A stretch of DNA of 64,000 nucleotides from Saccostrea cucullata (taxonomy: Eukaryota), in assembly GCF_032062105.1 (NCBI RefSeq), contig NW_026938421.1, forward strand, positions 310,001 through 374,000. The letters are read 5' to 3'. The notes under the pieces are model-generated. The model saw only the letters and a program-made list of their open reading frames with translations, was not told where the DNA came from and ran no database searches. Below are positions 37,901 through 51,900 of the stretch, one piece after another (position 1 is the first letter of the stretch; the number at the start of each line of letters is the position of its first letter). The translations under genes were made by a program, and so were the position numbers.

Positions 37901-40900
37901 TTCTGATCAGGCCATTCCAAGTTTTTTCTATGTTTAGTGTCCGCGTGCGCCTTGGTTTTTGACATCCCATATGAGTAAAAACACACAACAACAGGAGTCC
38001 TGAAATTGATAAATATAGTCGAAATTTTGAATGATGGACAACTCGCCCCCAAGACAGGTCGCCCCCAAGACAACTCGCCACCTATTCAGGACAACTCGCC
38101 CCCAATTTAGGACAACTCGCCCCCATTCAAGACAACTCGCACCCAGTTTAAGAAACCAGCAAATATTAAATATATTTTATAGATATTTGAATTCAATTTG
38201 TTTCTACAAAATTAAAACAAATATCAGAAAATATTTTTTCTCATACTATTAAAAAACGAAACAAATATTAATAATTTAAACACTATCACTATTGTCACAC
38301 TGGCACTTTTTATCTATATCTTCGCTAAATTCACAGATTTATTTTAAACTTTCATCACAAAACCTATATAAACTAAATAAATGTAATTTTCAGAGCTTGC
38401 ATGATAAAATTCTCCATAACGTTGAAACTGCTTCAGAGCTTGGATACGACATGCCAATTTTTTTAACACTAAAAAAATTCGTAATATTGGAGCGTGCAGG
38501 TACTAATTTGAATTAGTTATCACTTTGAAGTATCAAAATTAGTTGTTAGCTTGGGTGTGTCATTAAAATTTCTGTCTGATGTTTTTATTATCATTATCAT
38601 CAGTTTCCTAATGCCGCCGATTTTACTTTAACGTTAATTTCGTCATTAAATAATTTGGATGTTTTAACAATGAAGAAAATGTTCATTAAAATAGAAATAT
38701 TTGATAAATAATATTAAAAATATATATAAAATAATAAAAAATGAAAAGAAAAGAAACTATGCATTTTTTTCATTCTATTTCGTTAGAATAAAATGAAAGA
38801 AAGCATGGATATTATGATAAATCTTTTATGCATACACAATGCATTTATACAAAAAAATGACGTTAATGCATCATGGAAAAAATAAATAACCTAGCTATTA
38901 CAACTGTAAGTATTGTTTATGATTTAAATTTGCATATAAAATATACATTATTGAATAACAGGTATTTTTTTCCTTGGAGTTCACAAGAAAATAAACAGTG
39001 GGGGCGAGCTGTCTTGGGGGGTGGGGGAGTTGTCCTAAATTGGGGGGGAGTTGTTTTAAGAAGTGTTGGGGGTGACTTGTCTTGGGGGCGTGTTGTCCTG
39101 ATTCCGAAATTTTTGAGTTTTGTAAATTTCTCCAAATAATTCTGTACAGTAAGTTACATTGGATGTATTGTAAGCATTTGTAATTTGCTTAAGAATAGAT
39201 ATTTCTTCTATTAAAGCAGTTTATTTAGATCAAATCATTTGAAGGACATCATTTTTATGACTTTTAAGCTTGTGTTTTATGTTTTGGCTTGTGTGTTTTT
39301 TGCGAATAGGTAGGTAGGTTTTTGAAAGATGAGTGGACGCTAAACAGAGAAAAAACTTGGAATGGCCTCACCTGTTGTCTGCTTTTCGACTTCTTCTTAA
39401 GAACTGCTGTACCAATTTTAACCAAAGAAGTTAAAACACATTCTTGAGTGTAAGAGAGTTTAAATTATAAAAAAAAGAAGCCCAAATCTCATTTATAGGA
39501 GAGATGATCAAGAAAAGTCAAAAATAGGGTTGGGTCATTAAATTCCCTCAAGAACCAATGGGTCAAAAAAAGTGTAACTTTTGTGGAAGCTTTCTGGAGT
39601 AGTGTAGTTCTTTATTGTTCAAACCATGATCCCCAGGGGATAGGGATGAACTACAATAAGTATTACAAGGGAGGGAATCTGGAGAAGAACGGGAGAGTCA
39701 AAGAAACATATATCATGAAACTCATTTATTGTGTAACAATTTGTTGTGGATAAAATAGATTTGGATACATTTGTTGTGTATCAATTGTTTGTGGATAAAA
39801 TAGATTTGGATACAATTGTTGTTATCAATTTATTGTGGATATTTTGTTTACAATTGTTGTGTATCAATTGTTTTCAGTGAGGAGGATGATGAGATTGTGG
39901 AGTGTGATAATTGTGGAGCATCCGTTCACGAGGGTAAGATTATTTTATTTGTAAATTAATTTTACATACAATATATTTATTATATGCATCGGTCAGATTG
40001 TAATTGTCATTATAGTGGAATTGAAACATATTTATGAAAATTAAGTTTTTTTGTTGCTGGGCAGGTTGCTATGGAATCAGTGAGAACCATTCGTCGTGTA
40101 GCACTGAGTCATCAGCCAGTACTGAACCCTGGTTCTGTGATGCTTGTAAAGCCGGTCTTAAACCAGTGAGTATTACAGTCAAATAATGGAAATCTTAATC
40201 AGCAATTTATACTTATATCAGCAAGCATGAAGTTTGTTTATGCAAAGTGAGGTTTTATAAATTTTATTTATTTTAAAAGGTGAAATAGTTATGCTGAACA
40301 TGAAATGAAATACCTGTATACATCAAGTACTGTGTCAAGATAGATCTGTGTACATAAGAGGTGTTAAGAAAGTTCGTTCCAGGATGAAATATTTTCAAAA
40401 ATTTCAAAGTAGTGCTTAACTAAAGAGATGAATTTTCAAGTCTGACAAAATCACAAGAGTGTGCTTTAGATTTCTAGCAATTCATTTCTAGCAGGAAATT
40501 ATAGGATTTTTCTTCCATATGAAAATATATATAACATCTTTAAAGTACTCGAATGATAGAAATGCTGGTCATTTTGAGTGAAAATAAAGGATAGTTTACT
40601 GTTTTTTCTTCATATGATCTTATCTTGCATCAGACAAGCTGATGAGCATAGGTATAAGAACGATAGATCACTTTTCAATAGAATAGAATTGTCGTTTTGG
40701 AATTTTTCACAGATTTGATAATTTTTGCTTAATATTTGAAAGGATGTTTTGACCTGTGTGCTTAATATACGAGGGGTGATCAAAAAGTTCGCGAACTATC
40801 TCTATATCTACAAAACCACAATTCAGATTAGAATGAAATTCGGTACACACGTAGCCATACACAAGTTCTAAAAATAGCGTATGCTGAATAAAGTTTTTCT

Positions 40901-43900
40901 CCTTGTTTGTGACATCACAATATGAAAACGACGTCACTATGTAGGTCACTTGTGACGAAAAATGGTTGTCTCAGTCGAACTTGTTCAACAAACGACTGAA
41001 CAATTTATTGTATATCTTAGAAATCCCTCTACAGTATCATATAATAATTTGTACACAGTTTATTGAGATAAATGAGTTCCTATAAATTCAATTAATGATT
41101 GTATTGATCGTTTTAGTGAAGGAAGACTGATGGTTAAACATGATACTTGTCATCTTTCCCAGTGAAAGCAAGTTTGAAAAGATATGTATTTTTAATTAAG
41201 CAATATGCTATCAAAGATCTCCAATTAACACTTTGAAAAATAAATGAATATTTGAACAATAATATAAGTATTAAATACCTAAGATGTCATTTACTTTAGA
41301 TTTTAAACATATTAGATATGATAAAAAGGAGGCACCCATTCTCTATCCACCTTGAATAAAGGTCTCTCCCGAGACAGAAGATTTGTGTTTTAATGGTCGT
41401 CATGCTTATTTTTGGAAAGGATATTCTTATTCACCCATTCTGTTGCCGAGATATGACCATTTCTGACAAATGACCTGTTCTTGTCATAAAAATTAACTCA
41501 CATGGAAAGAAATATAAAACTCAGAAAAATCTTTCAACTTTTGTGACAGAACGCTACGGAGGGGGTCACGTGACCGCCAATATCACGTGATTCACACATG
41601 CGCAGAACGGTGGCAGATGTGCATTAAAATCGGGGAGGATTAATTTAAAATATAATCAACATTAAAACCAAATATTGTTTCTTTTATGGAAGTTATTCAA
41701 TTAGTTCGCGAACTTTCTGATCACCCCTCGTATGTTACAAATATGCGTTATCCCTAATTTATCTGAACAGACATAATCTGTTTTAATACCTGCCCTCCCC
41801 TTATTGATTTAACAAAAGACAGTTAAAACCTTATCAGTAGCAAGAATGGACTCTGTAAACATGAAATATCACAAATTGTAAATATCTTCTCATCGTATTT
41901 CTTTTTGAAAATAAAAGAAAAATGTGGAACAAACTTTCTTAACACCCTTTACATCCATTACTTTATAATTTACAGATCTGTGAATTATGTCCAAATCCTG
42001 GAGGTATATTCAAAGAAACAGATGCAGGAAAGTATGAACTTATGAATGTCAACATTATGGAGAAAATATTTTTTAGGGGTGGGACAATACACAGATCTTG
42101 CGTTACGATACGTATCTTGCTACATTAGCACGATACGATACGTATCTCAATATTATGATAAATTATAAAACTATTCAAAAGAATTAGTATTTTATTTCAT
42201 TTTTTTTTGGTCTTGACATTAAATCAACAAATTATTCTATATCAAATCATGTGTGCTTTGAAATTAATACTTGAAGTTCATCAATTTCATTGATTAAAAC
42301 TTTAAAAATACAATTTAATATAATACATGTATATATTATTATTAACAAGTTGTTTAGAAATAGTTGTGTAGTTCATATAAGAACACTGACTAAAAATTCA
42401 TTTAAAAACATCACATTTACATTATTAATTGCTGAAAGTCTGTGGCCAAGTTGAGATTACAAAAAAAAGTATAAGACGGACTAACAATTACATGTAATAA
42501 TATCAAATGTTCAGAAACAATACTTTCTGTGTATAGCACGCTTTACATACTGAACATTTCTTGTCCAATCTTCCAAGGCTGCTTAAAAGTGAAAACATTG
42601 TACCCCAAATCAACGACTTATTAGTTCTACAGTATGTTTTCAATATCAACATCATCTCTGCTTCGTACAAGCCGACATTTTCCAAGGACAGGTACTTTCA
42701 TTTTCAATTTTTGGATAGGTCGTTCGTGTATCGTTTCGTACTGATATATGAATGCTTGTATCGTAAACCGTATCTTAGAGGAAAATTTCGGTATGTATCG
42801 GTGTATCAGTATATCGTCCCACTCCTAATATTTTTCACATTTGATGACATACTTCAATACCTACAAGTCACATATAGCCTCATCAGTATTTGTATTGTTT
42901 CAGATGGGTACACCTTGTGTGTGCACTGTACACCCCTGGGGTCGCCTTTGGAGATGTAGATAAACTAAGCCCTGTCACATTGTTTGAGATGCCATACTCA
43001 CGCTGGGGTGCTAGAGTAAGTGGACTTAAGAAGACTGTATGGAATAAGATCTTAACATTGCAGTAATTTTAGTGCTGATTGTACTCTAAATCAATTAATT
43101 GATTTACATGTCTGTTTTAGGAGTGTTCATTGTGTGAAGATGCCAGATTCAGTAGAACTGGAGTTTGTATTAGCTGTGATGCTGGGATGTGTAGAACATA
43201 TTTCCATGTCACATGGTATGCTGCAGAACAAACAGGGACACATGCTCTATTTACAACTCATTCATTTATCAAACATATACTGGGTACACTAGTTCATAAA
43301 TGTACTATTAGTAGTTCTATGACGGTTATTGCAAAGATCAAAGAGGTTACACAGCCATTATTCTCCAATAAATCACAAATGTCATCAACAAATTATTGAT
43401 AATTTTTTTCCTCTAATTTTGACTGCCTTCACTAGGAAAAAGACGACAGAGATATTTTTTGATTACGATACAAATTGGTGGGAAAATTTACTTTGGGTTC
43501 TGATCACATACTTTTTCTAATCCTTGATATGAAAATGAACAAGGATTGCATCTGGGCTGCATTGTTTTTTGCCAACCAAATCTAAGCTATCGGGTATATA
43601 CTCCAACAATTCTTCCAACGTGGGAAATTTTTCTTAAATAAAATTGTATTATAAAATCCTTTTTTATATCCTTTTTAGTCTGAAAAAAACATCTAAGAGA
43701 CTCTATATTTCTGTTTTAGTGCTCAGAGAGAAGGACTGCTATCTGAAGCCGCTCCAGAAGAGTGCATGGTAAGGGGACAGCATCATTAATTTTCTTAGAA
43801 CTGTCATCATTGTTTTTTTTACTTCAATTAAAGATTGTCTTTTAATTTAAACTTTCTAGGACATTGCTGATCCATTTTTTGCTTACTGTAAAATGCATGC

Positions 43901-46900
43901 AGAGAAGGTGATGTCTCGAGCCAAGAGAAGAAATTGGCTAGCAATACAATCTCATATTAGAAAACATCCAGAGAAAAAAATTGAGGATGAAAAGGAAAAA
44001 GTAAGAGTCCATGCAAATTTTGTGTCAAGTAACCATTGTGAGTATTCAGAATAATGACATCTTAATGACTATGGAAACTACTGCTTTTGATTAGAATTTA
44101 GCCAATTCTTCAAAATAAAAGTTATTTTAATATATACATTTTTTTCAAGATGTATATCTTCATAAGTTAGAAAAATAAAAAAAAAATGTATTTTTGTGGA
44201 GTGAAAATAAAAAAAAATATGACAATTTACATATCCCATATTACTCAGAAACAGTTACAGCTGTGCATTGTTGTATATGAATTAAATTCTTTGGCTAGAG
44301 AACGATTAAAGTCTATTGTTATTTATCTTAATGTTATGAAATGAAAATAAATGGGTGACCAATAAAGTAATTTTGTGAACTTCTTTTGTACAGAAGCTTA
44401 CATGTACTTATGGCATTGTTTTGTAGACAAGATTTGAAAGGAAGTTGAGGAGACACCAGGCAAAATACCAAAATGCAAAACACAAAAGACCACCTTCGTG
44501 GGGTAAGTTACTCAACTTTGGAAATGTGTACAATTAACAATCCAGTTGTATTCCTGAAGGTCCTGTTTCATGAATTGTCCAGCTTATTTAAACATTACTT
44601 TTATAATTGATGATATAAATGCAAATTATGTTTGAAACAAATATCACTTGGAAGTATCCAGACTGATTAATTGAGGTGCCAACTGCATATTTAAGGATAA
44701 CTTTGGTGGTTTATTATTTACCTCCCTTTTTACAGTGCCGACACAGAAACTTGTCAGACATTTAACCTCGAGTCCTGCTGCTGTAAAGAAAATGTTACGG
44801 AAAGCAGAACTTATGGGCATTATAACCCAGGTAAATCCAATCTCATTCTCTTATAACGCTGGATATTCAACATATACCCTATAAGCAGAATTTTTAGTGA
44901 GGATTTAATTTTGGCATTTTTAGTGAGGGTGCCGAGATAGCTAAAATTAAATATCACTAAAAATTAATTGTGTTTTATTTGTATAAGCTTCTTTAGTAAG
45001 CATTTTTAAATCACTAAAATTACATCTCGCTTAAAATAAAATACCAGTTTTTAAGGACAAATTGCTAAATTTGCGTCACGCTAAAATTTCAACATGTACG
45101 GTATTTAATCTTGAAGAGAGAATTTTAGAAATAATAATGATAAATTTATAATTACATGAGCTTGCAGTAGAATTCTTGTAATTCTCTGTGAAGTAATACA
45201 TAAAGTAATTATCTGTTTTTAGATCTAGCTATAAATGAACCAGTCACTATCAAATTATTTTATTCCAGTCGCACTGTTCATCTAGATATCAATGTACTAA
45301 TCTCTATCAAATTATTTTATTCCAGTCGCACTGTTCATCTAGATATCAATGTACTAATCTCTATCAAATTATTTCATTCCAGTCCCAACATGTGACCCAT
45401 GAAAAACAAGAAATAAGGAAGAAATCTTTTATGGTGCCCTCTTTCTCTGTGGAGTTCATCACCCATTTCCTAGGTTAGAACTTAACAAATTTCTTCAGTT
45501 TTGTATGTATCTGTTTTTAATATTCTTCAATAAAACATATTCTCAATGTTCTAAATTTTTTTTTTATTTATCTGTCTATCTGTATTGTTCAGGTTCAGTA
45601 AGTGAATGTCAAGGGGAATAACTCTTATAGATGTTTGTGTGAAATAATTTTTTTTTCACCTACGATAGAGCGTAACACAAAGATAGAGAATATGAAGACT
45701 TGTATGAAGGATATTGTGTCACAGAATGAAAAACTCCAGGAACAGGAAAAGATTCTACGCAGGAAGTATGATCAGGTATTACAATGACACAGAGCTCAGC
45801 TGAGTTGTAGGTAACAAAATGAGAGGGATATATTAAAGGTCCTTAACTCTCTGCTCTGGAATACACCCAAGAGTTTGAAGGCATGTTTTTAGCTCTACTG
45901 GTCAGAGACCAGAAGAGCTTATGCGATAGTAATGCGTCCGGCGTCCGTCCGTCTGTCTGTCTGTAAACAATTTTTCAAAAACACTACTCCTCCTACAATT
46001 TTAGTCTGATTTCAATATAACTTGGCACACAAGTAGACTACACTAAGATACATAGAATAGTGCATCGGTTTTTAATTTCGATGAACGGTGTTGCCATGGT
46101 TACTAAAAATAGAATTTTCTGTGAAATTTCTTAAAAACGCTACTCCTCCTACAGTTTTGGTCTGATTTCAATATAACTTGGCACACAAGTAGACTACACT
46201 AAGATACATAGAATAGTGCATCGGTTTTTGATTTCGATGAACGGTGTTGCCATGGTTACTAAAAACAGAATTTTCTGTGAAATTCCTTTAAAACGCTACT
46301 CCTTCTACAGTTTTGGTCTGATTTCAATATAACTTGGCACACAAGTAGACTACACTAATATAGATAGAATAGTGCATCGGTTTTTGATTTCGATGAACGG
46401 TGTTGCCATGGTTACTAAAAATAGAATTTTCTGTGAAATTCCTTTAAAACGCTACTCCTTCTACAGTTTTGGTCTGATTTCAATATAACTTGGCACACAA
46501 GTAGACTACATTAAGATACATAGAATAGTGCATCGGTTTTTGATTTCGATGAACGGTGTTGCCATGGTTACTAAAAATAGAATTTTCTGTGAAATTCCTT
46601 TAAAACGCTACTCCTTCTACAGTTTTGGTCTGATTTCAATATAACTTGGCACACAAGTAGACTACACTAAGATACATAGAATAGTGCATCGGTTTTTGAT
46701 TTCGATGAACGGTGTTGCCATGGTTACTAAAAATAGAATTTTCTGTGAAATTCCTTTATAACGCTACTTCTTCTACAGTTTTTGTTTGATTTCAAAATAA
46801 GTTGGCACACAAGTAGACTACATAAAGATACATAAAACAGTGCAATGGTTTTTTTGATAAGTACAAACCAGTAGAGCTACAGTCTCGACAGAGACTTCTG

Positions 46901-47170
46901 GTTGTGGTTTGCCAGATTGGTTGATATTTTATTCAGAATCAACTAATGTTCAGTTTCACTTCAGTATCACAAACACCATTATTTCAAATACCATGGATAC
47001 ATCCAAATGATATTGAAATAGCAATGCTGTATTCTTGAAGTATTTTACCCAGGATCTTGATTCTTCAGAAATACATATCTCAAAGCTTTTTCCTGGTAGA
47101 TTTGGAGCTTGAGATTATGAAATTTGACTGTATATATATATATATATATACATGTACATGTACAGTAGGG

Positions 47171-47201
<31 letters not shown>

Positions 47202-48880
47202 CGTTTCCAACAAGAGAGACAACTCAAGCGGGAAACCGTCTTGACAGCTGACTTACTAGGACAAAATCACAAAATAACTGACCTTAATACTTAGTAAGAT
47301 GACCTTTTAATCTGATGACCTGTTGTATTCTTCTTGGAATCGATTGATAAAGATTTTTGACATAATTTACGTTGATGTCCTGCCATATCCTAAGTGTTTG
47401 TTGAAAAAGTTCGTCTGCGGAATTTATATTGTGCATCCGTGATTGGAGTTTTCTTTTAATATAAAGCCATACATTTTCTATGATATTTAAGTCTGGAGAC
47501 TGTGCAGGCCAGCTCATGTTCTTAATAAAGTTTCTGGCAATAAAATCCTGTGTAACACGAGAGCAATGTACGGGGGCGTTATCATCTTGAAAGAGGTAAC
47601 TTCCTTGTGGGAAATGCCGCACTATAACTGGCCAGAGGTTTGAATCTAAGATGTTAATATATTTTTCTGAATTAATATTCCCTTCCACCCGACACAAAGT
47701 TCCGATACCACTGAAGCACAGGCACCCCCACACCAGTTCATTCCCCCCAAGTAGGACTACCCGTTCATCTCCTTCCCTCACCTTTTGACAGATACAAACT
47801 ACAAAAAATGTCTATAAATATTTCTTTTTCCCTCTTACAATAGTTTAGTGGAACAGACTGCCGGGCAGTGTTGTCTCACTTCCAGATGTTGAACATTTCA
47901 AACTGGAAGTGAGCAAATTGAATCACACCAGACCTTAATTGTATTACAGTGTTTTATATCTTTTAACTGTGAATACTGTTTTTCTAAACTTTCTATCTTC
48001 ACTAATAACTTAATACTGTTCTCTTTTCACCGCATTGAAATTTACTATTCTCTACTTTTTATATCTTTTAATCAGCTGTGCACCCTACTCAAAATTTGAG
48101 GGCGAGTAGTAACGAGAGATAAGTAGATGATACTGAATTTGCAGCCATTTGTCGTGGCACTAAGTCCGGTCTCCAACCCTCGCCTGCTTTTTTCCAAATA
48201 TAAACACAATTATTTTTCTCAACACATATCTGAGATTCATCGCTGAATATAACTTTGGACCACTGAGTTTGTACACCCCACCATCTCTTTTCCCTACACC
48301 GTGACAAGCGTTTCTTTTGGTTAATATTTTTAATCACAACTTTTTTCTTAAACACACCTCTAGTGAAACCATTTTCTTTAAGTCTACGTTTTACAGTCTT
48401 CTGAGACACAGATGTTGCTCTGTTTTCATTAAATCGCGCTGTAATTTCTCCTAAGGGTGCCCTCCGATCTCTATTAACAATCCTCTGGAGCTTCTGATAA
48501 TCCCGATCGTCGAAAGAACGAGGTCGACCCGACCTTTGCAAATATTCCACTGATCCTGTGTCGTGATATTTACGTACAATACAGTACACTGAAGCCAGAG
48601 ACCTATTGACACTTCTTGCAATCGCTGACATTTTTTCTCCGTTTAAGTAAAGTTCCACAATAACTTGTTTCAAGGGTTGTGAGATTTCCTGATGTTTCGT
48701 GTCCATTTTGTTACCGAGATAGATCATCAACGAAACTATAGCAGATGACGAAATATATGTCATGCTAGGCCTATAAGTCACTTGTACTGACCTGTTTATA
48801 TTTCAGGGGGATTTCCAAAATTCCAGCTCTGAACAAAAATACACGACTTTTAATACGCGCGGATCTATGATTTATTCTAG

Positions 48881-48911
<31 letters not shown>

Positions 48912-51900
48912 CCCTACTGTAGTTCAAATCATGTTCAGATTTAGTAGAATTAGATTTTTGTTCCTGCAACCTTGTACAATATCAGTATGTATCATGGTAT
49001 ATATGAATTTGTTATATTACCCATCATCTTGTATTTTGGTTTGTAGTTGTATTCTGATGTGGAGGGACTGAGACACTGCGCCAATGAAAAAAGAAAAACG
49101 GGGGAGAAGTTGTGGAATCTGCTGAATGACTTATCTGACAAGGTGAGGAGGGGCTCCCATTTCTCTTATGTTTCTTTTTTATTTCAAGAAAGTTTAAATG
49201 TGGATCATCATGATTGGAAAAAGACTTCTTAAATAATGTTACCCATGGTCTCGAATATGACTTAACATTTTTCTGCTCCTTAATATGGACTTCGTGTTAT
49301 TTAATGTTCATTTAAAATTGGAGAATGTATGAAATAAGTGAAAATAAGTTCACAAATAAAATTTGATTTTTTTTTGTAAACAGAAGTTTCCTATCCCTGA
49401 AGATTTTAGAGTTCGGAAGCCATCCCCGTCTCGAGTGATCAGTCGTAAGAACAGCGTAACACCAGCTGTGATACACCAGTAAGTATAGACTCTCTATAAA
49501 GGTGTCCAGTAATAGTGGACAACGTCTGAAACCCTTCTATATGAACCGGTGTTTTCTTACTAGTTGAACTTTTTGACTTAGGACCTGTGATATGGACTTT
49601 TGACATTTGTCTAGGTGTGCATTGTGCCATAAGACCAATAACCAGCATTTCCTGGCCCACTGTGACAACTGTAAGGAGTACTACCACCTGGGATGTCTGG
49701 ATCCACCCCTCACACGCATGCCAAAGAAAACCAAGATCATGGGCTGGTAAGGGGAGATTCCTTAGTTCAAATTAAGTCAAGTTTCAGGACATCAGAAAAG
49801 CACACCAGCAAAGAGTGAAATTAAGTGCTTTTATATTCAATATGAACTGATTTCATTTTGTTTCTCAATAAATATGAACTTATAATTTTGATTAAGGTAT
49901 TCTGAATGTTATTAAAGATTGAGTTTTTAATTGTTTCTCTCTATACTTATAAGTCAGGTTGCACAGTCGTGATCATTTGTACATCCCATGTAATAGGGCT
50001 TCTCTATTTCATTACTAGGCAGTGTTCCGAATGTACTAAATCCAGCAGTGGGGAATCAGAAGTAGAAACCAAAGATCTAGATGCCCCTCGCAAACTCCGT
50101 GAAAAGATTAAGGAGCCCACAAAGTGGTCTCCTGATATGAAATTCAAATTTGAATTTGAAAAGGTAATGATATTTGTCAAAAATAATTATAAATATTTTG
50201 GTAGATATTACAATCTCAAATTTAAGTTTAATGATTTCCATGTATAAATTAAATTTATACAGAAAAAACTTGGATTAGGCCATGCAAAGTTAATTACTTG
50301 GTTCTCAGGCCTTTTTTTCAAGAAATATGATGAGGGAGGGAGACATTTTTTTTTTCTTTTTTATTGCCCCCAAAACATGATGAGGCAGCTTTTTACATTG
50401 TACAAAACCTCAAAAAATGATGAGGGAGGTGATTTGGTGTTTATATTTTATTGATTTAGCAATAAAAAGGGTCAATGAGGCACCCTTGGAAGAGATGAGG
50501 GAGGGCCTGAGAACCAAGAAATTAATTTTTTTTTGCCTTACAGTGAAAGTAAGTCTGTAATGCAAAAGAGATTATTTGCAGGAAGATTGAAGATATGAAA
50601 TAAATGAAACACACTAATGCATATATAGTGTTTGAGCTGGTGAATGTAAAATTTTATGCTGTGTATGTTCAGTTGACAAAGTACAATATGAAGGCAAAGA
50701 AAAGAAAGAAGAAGAAGAAGCCAGGAAAACAGGGAGAGGAAAATGATGAAGAAACCAAGGTATATAAATTATAACATTGACAAGGAATCTGGAGGAACCG
50801 TTCTGTTAAATCAGATAAATATCCTAGGTCTTACATTTAATGTATTAAAGAGAGAAGAAATACTCAAAATACATGTATAAATGTTGACTTTCATTTCAGC
50901 CAAAGAAGCAAAGACAGTCCGTGGGGTCGGCCAATAAGAAGGCTAAAGTGGACGAGATTCCAGAGGGCATGACGTGTGCTGTGTGCAGTAAGCCTGGGGA
51001 TAGCTCCGGCATGGTCAAGTAAGGCTCCCATTAAATACATGTATAATCATAAATAAGTACCTGTATAACATAAAATATGGTAATCAATTTGTGAATTTTA
51101 CCACGGTCAATCAAGCAAAGTGACACGCTGTTATTTGAACAAGAGTACAAATATGTACAATGTAGATCTATATACTTTGTAGCTGAAATCTTTTAGATCG
51201 GTGAACTAAGAAGTAAAACCATAGTAGGTTAAGATGTTATTTTAATTTAAAAGAAAACAAACTGACAGTTGGCATTTAAGGTACATTGTACCATCCAATG
51301 ACAAAGCAAACAGATTTACTTGTGAATTGCTGTTTGTAGGTGTGATGAATGTAAATTGTGTTACCACTTTGGATGCCTGGATCCACCCATGAAGAAGACC
51401 CCTAAACAGAGGGGTTATTCCTGGCACTGTGAAGCATGTGACCCCTCAAACAGCTCAGTAAGTACAGTGTAGATGTTGAAAATTCTTCAAGATTTAAATG
51501 TGATGTTTATGTTAAATTTGGCTATTACAGTATAGTATATGTACATGTTCACTTAACTATGTCAAAGGCTCAAATGAGGTTCTCTGCTTAAAATCAAGAA
51601 TTGCTGGTTCAAATTTAATCAAACACAGGGCAGGGTATTTTGTTCGAATCATAGCCCTCCAGATAGGGTTTACATGTATCTCAATAAGTGATCAAAGTTT
51701 CACATGGGAATAACATCGGAAAAAATATTTAAAAATCCCAAATATTAAAAGTTCTATGAATTTGCAAACATCCTTTTGGTCTCTCGTAGGAGGGTAGGAT
51801 GAGGTCAAAACAGGGGAAAATAGGCCAACATCAAAAAAAAAAAATAAAAAATCTTATATTAAGTAGCAGAGTCTTGATTGGTCTTGTTGATGTGCAGGCA

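Noticed and set aside
45985-46860. CRISPR-like array
   Set aside because: Head-to-tail near-identical units with no unique spacers, in a eukaryotic intron with HINE termini.
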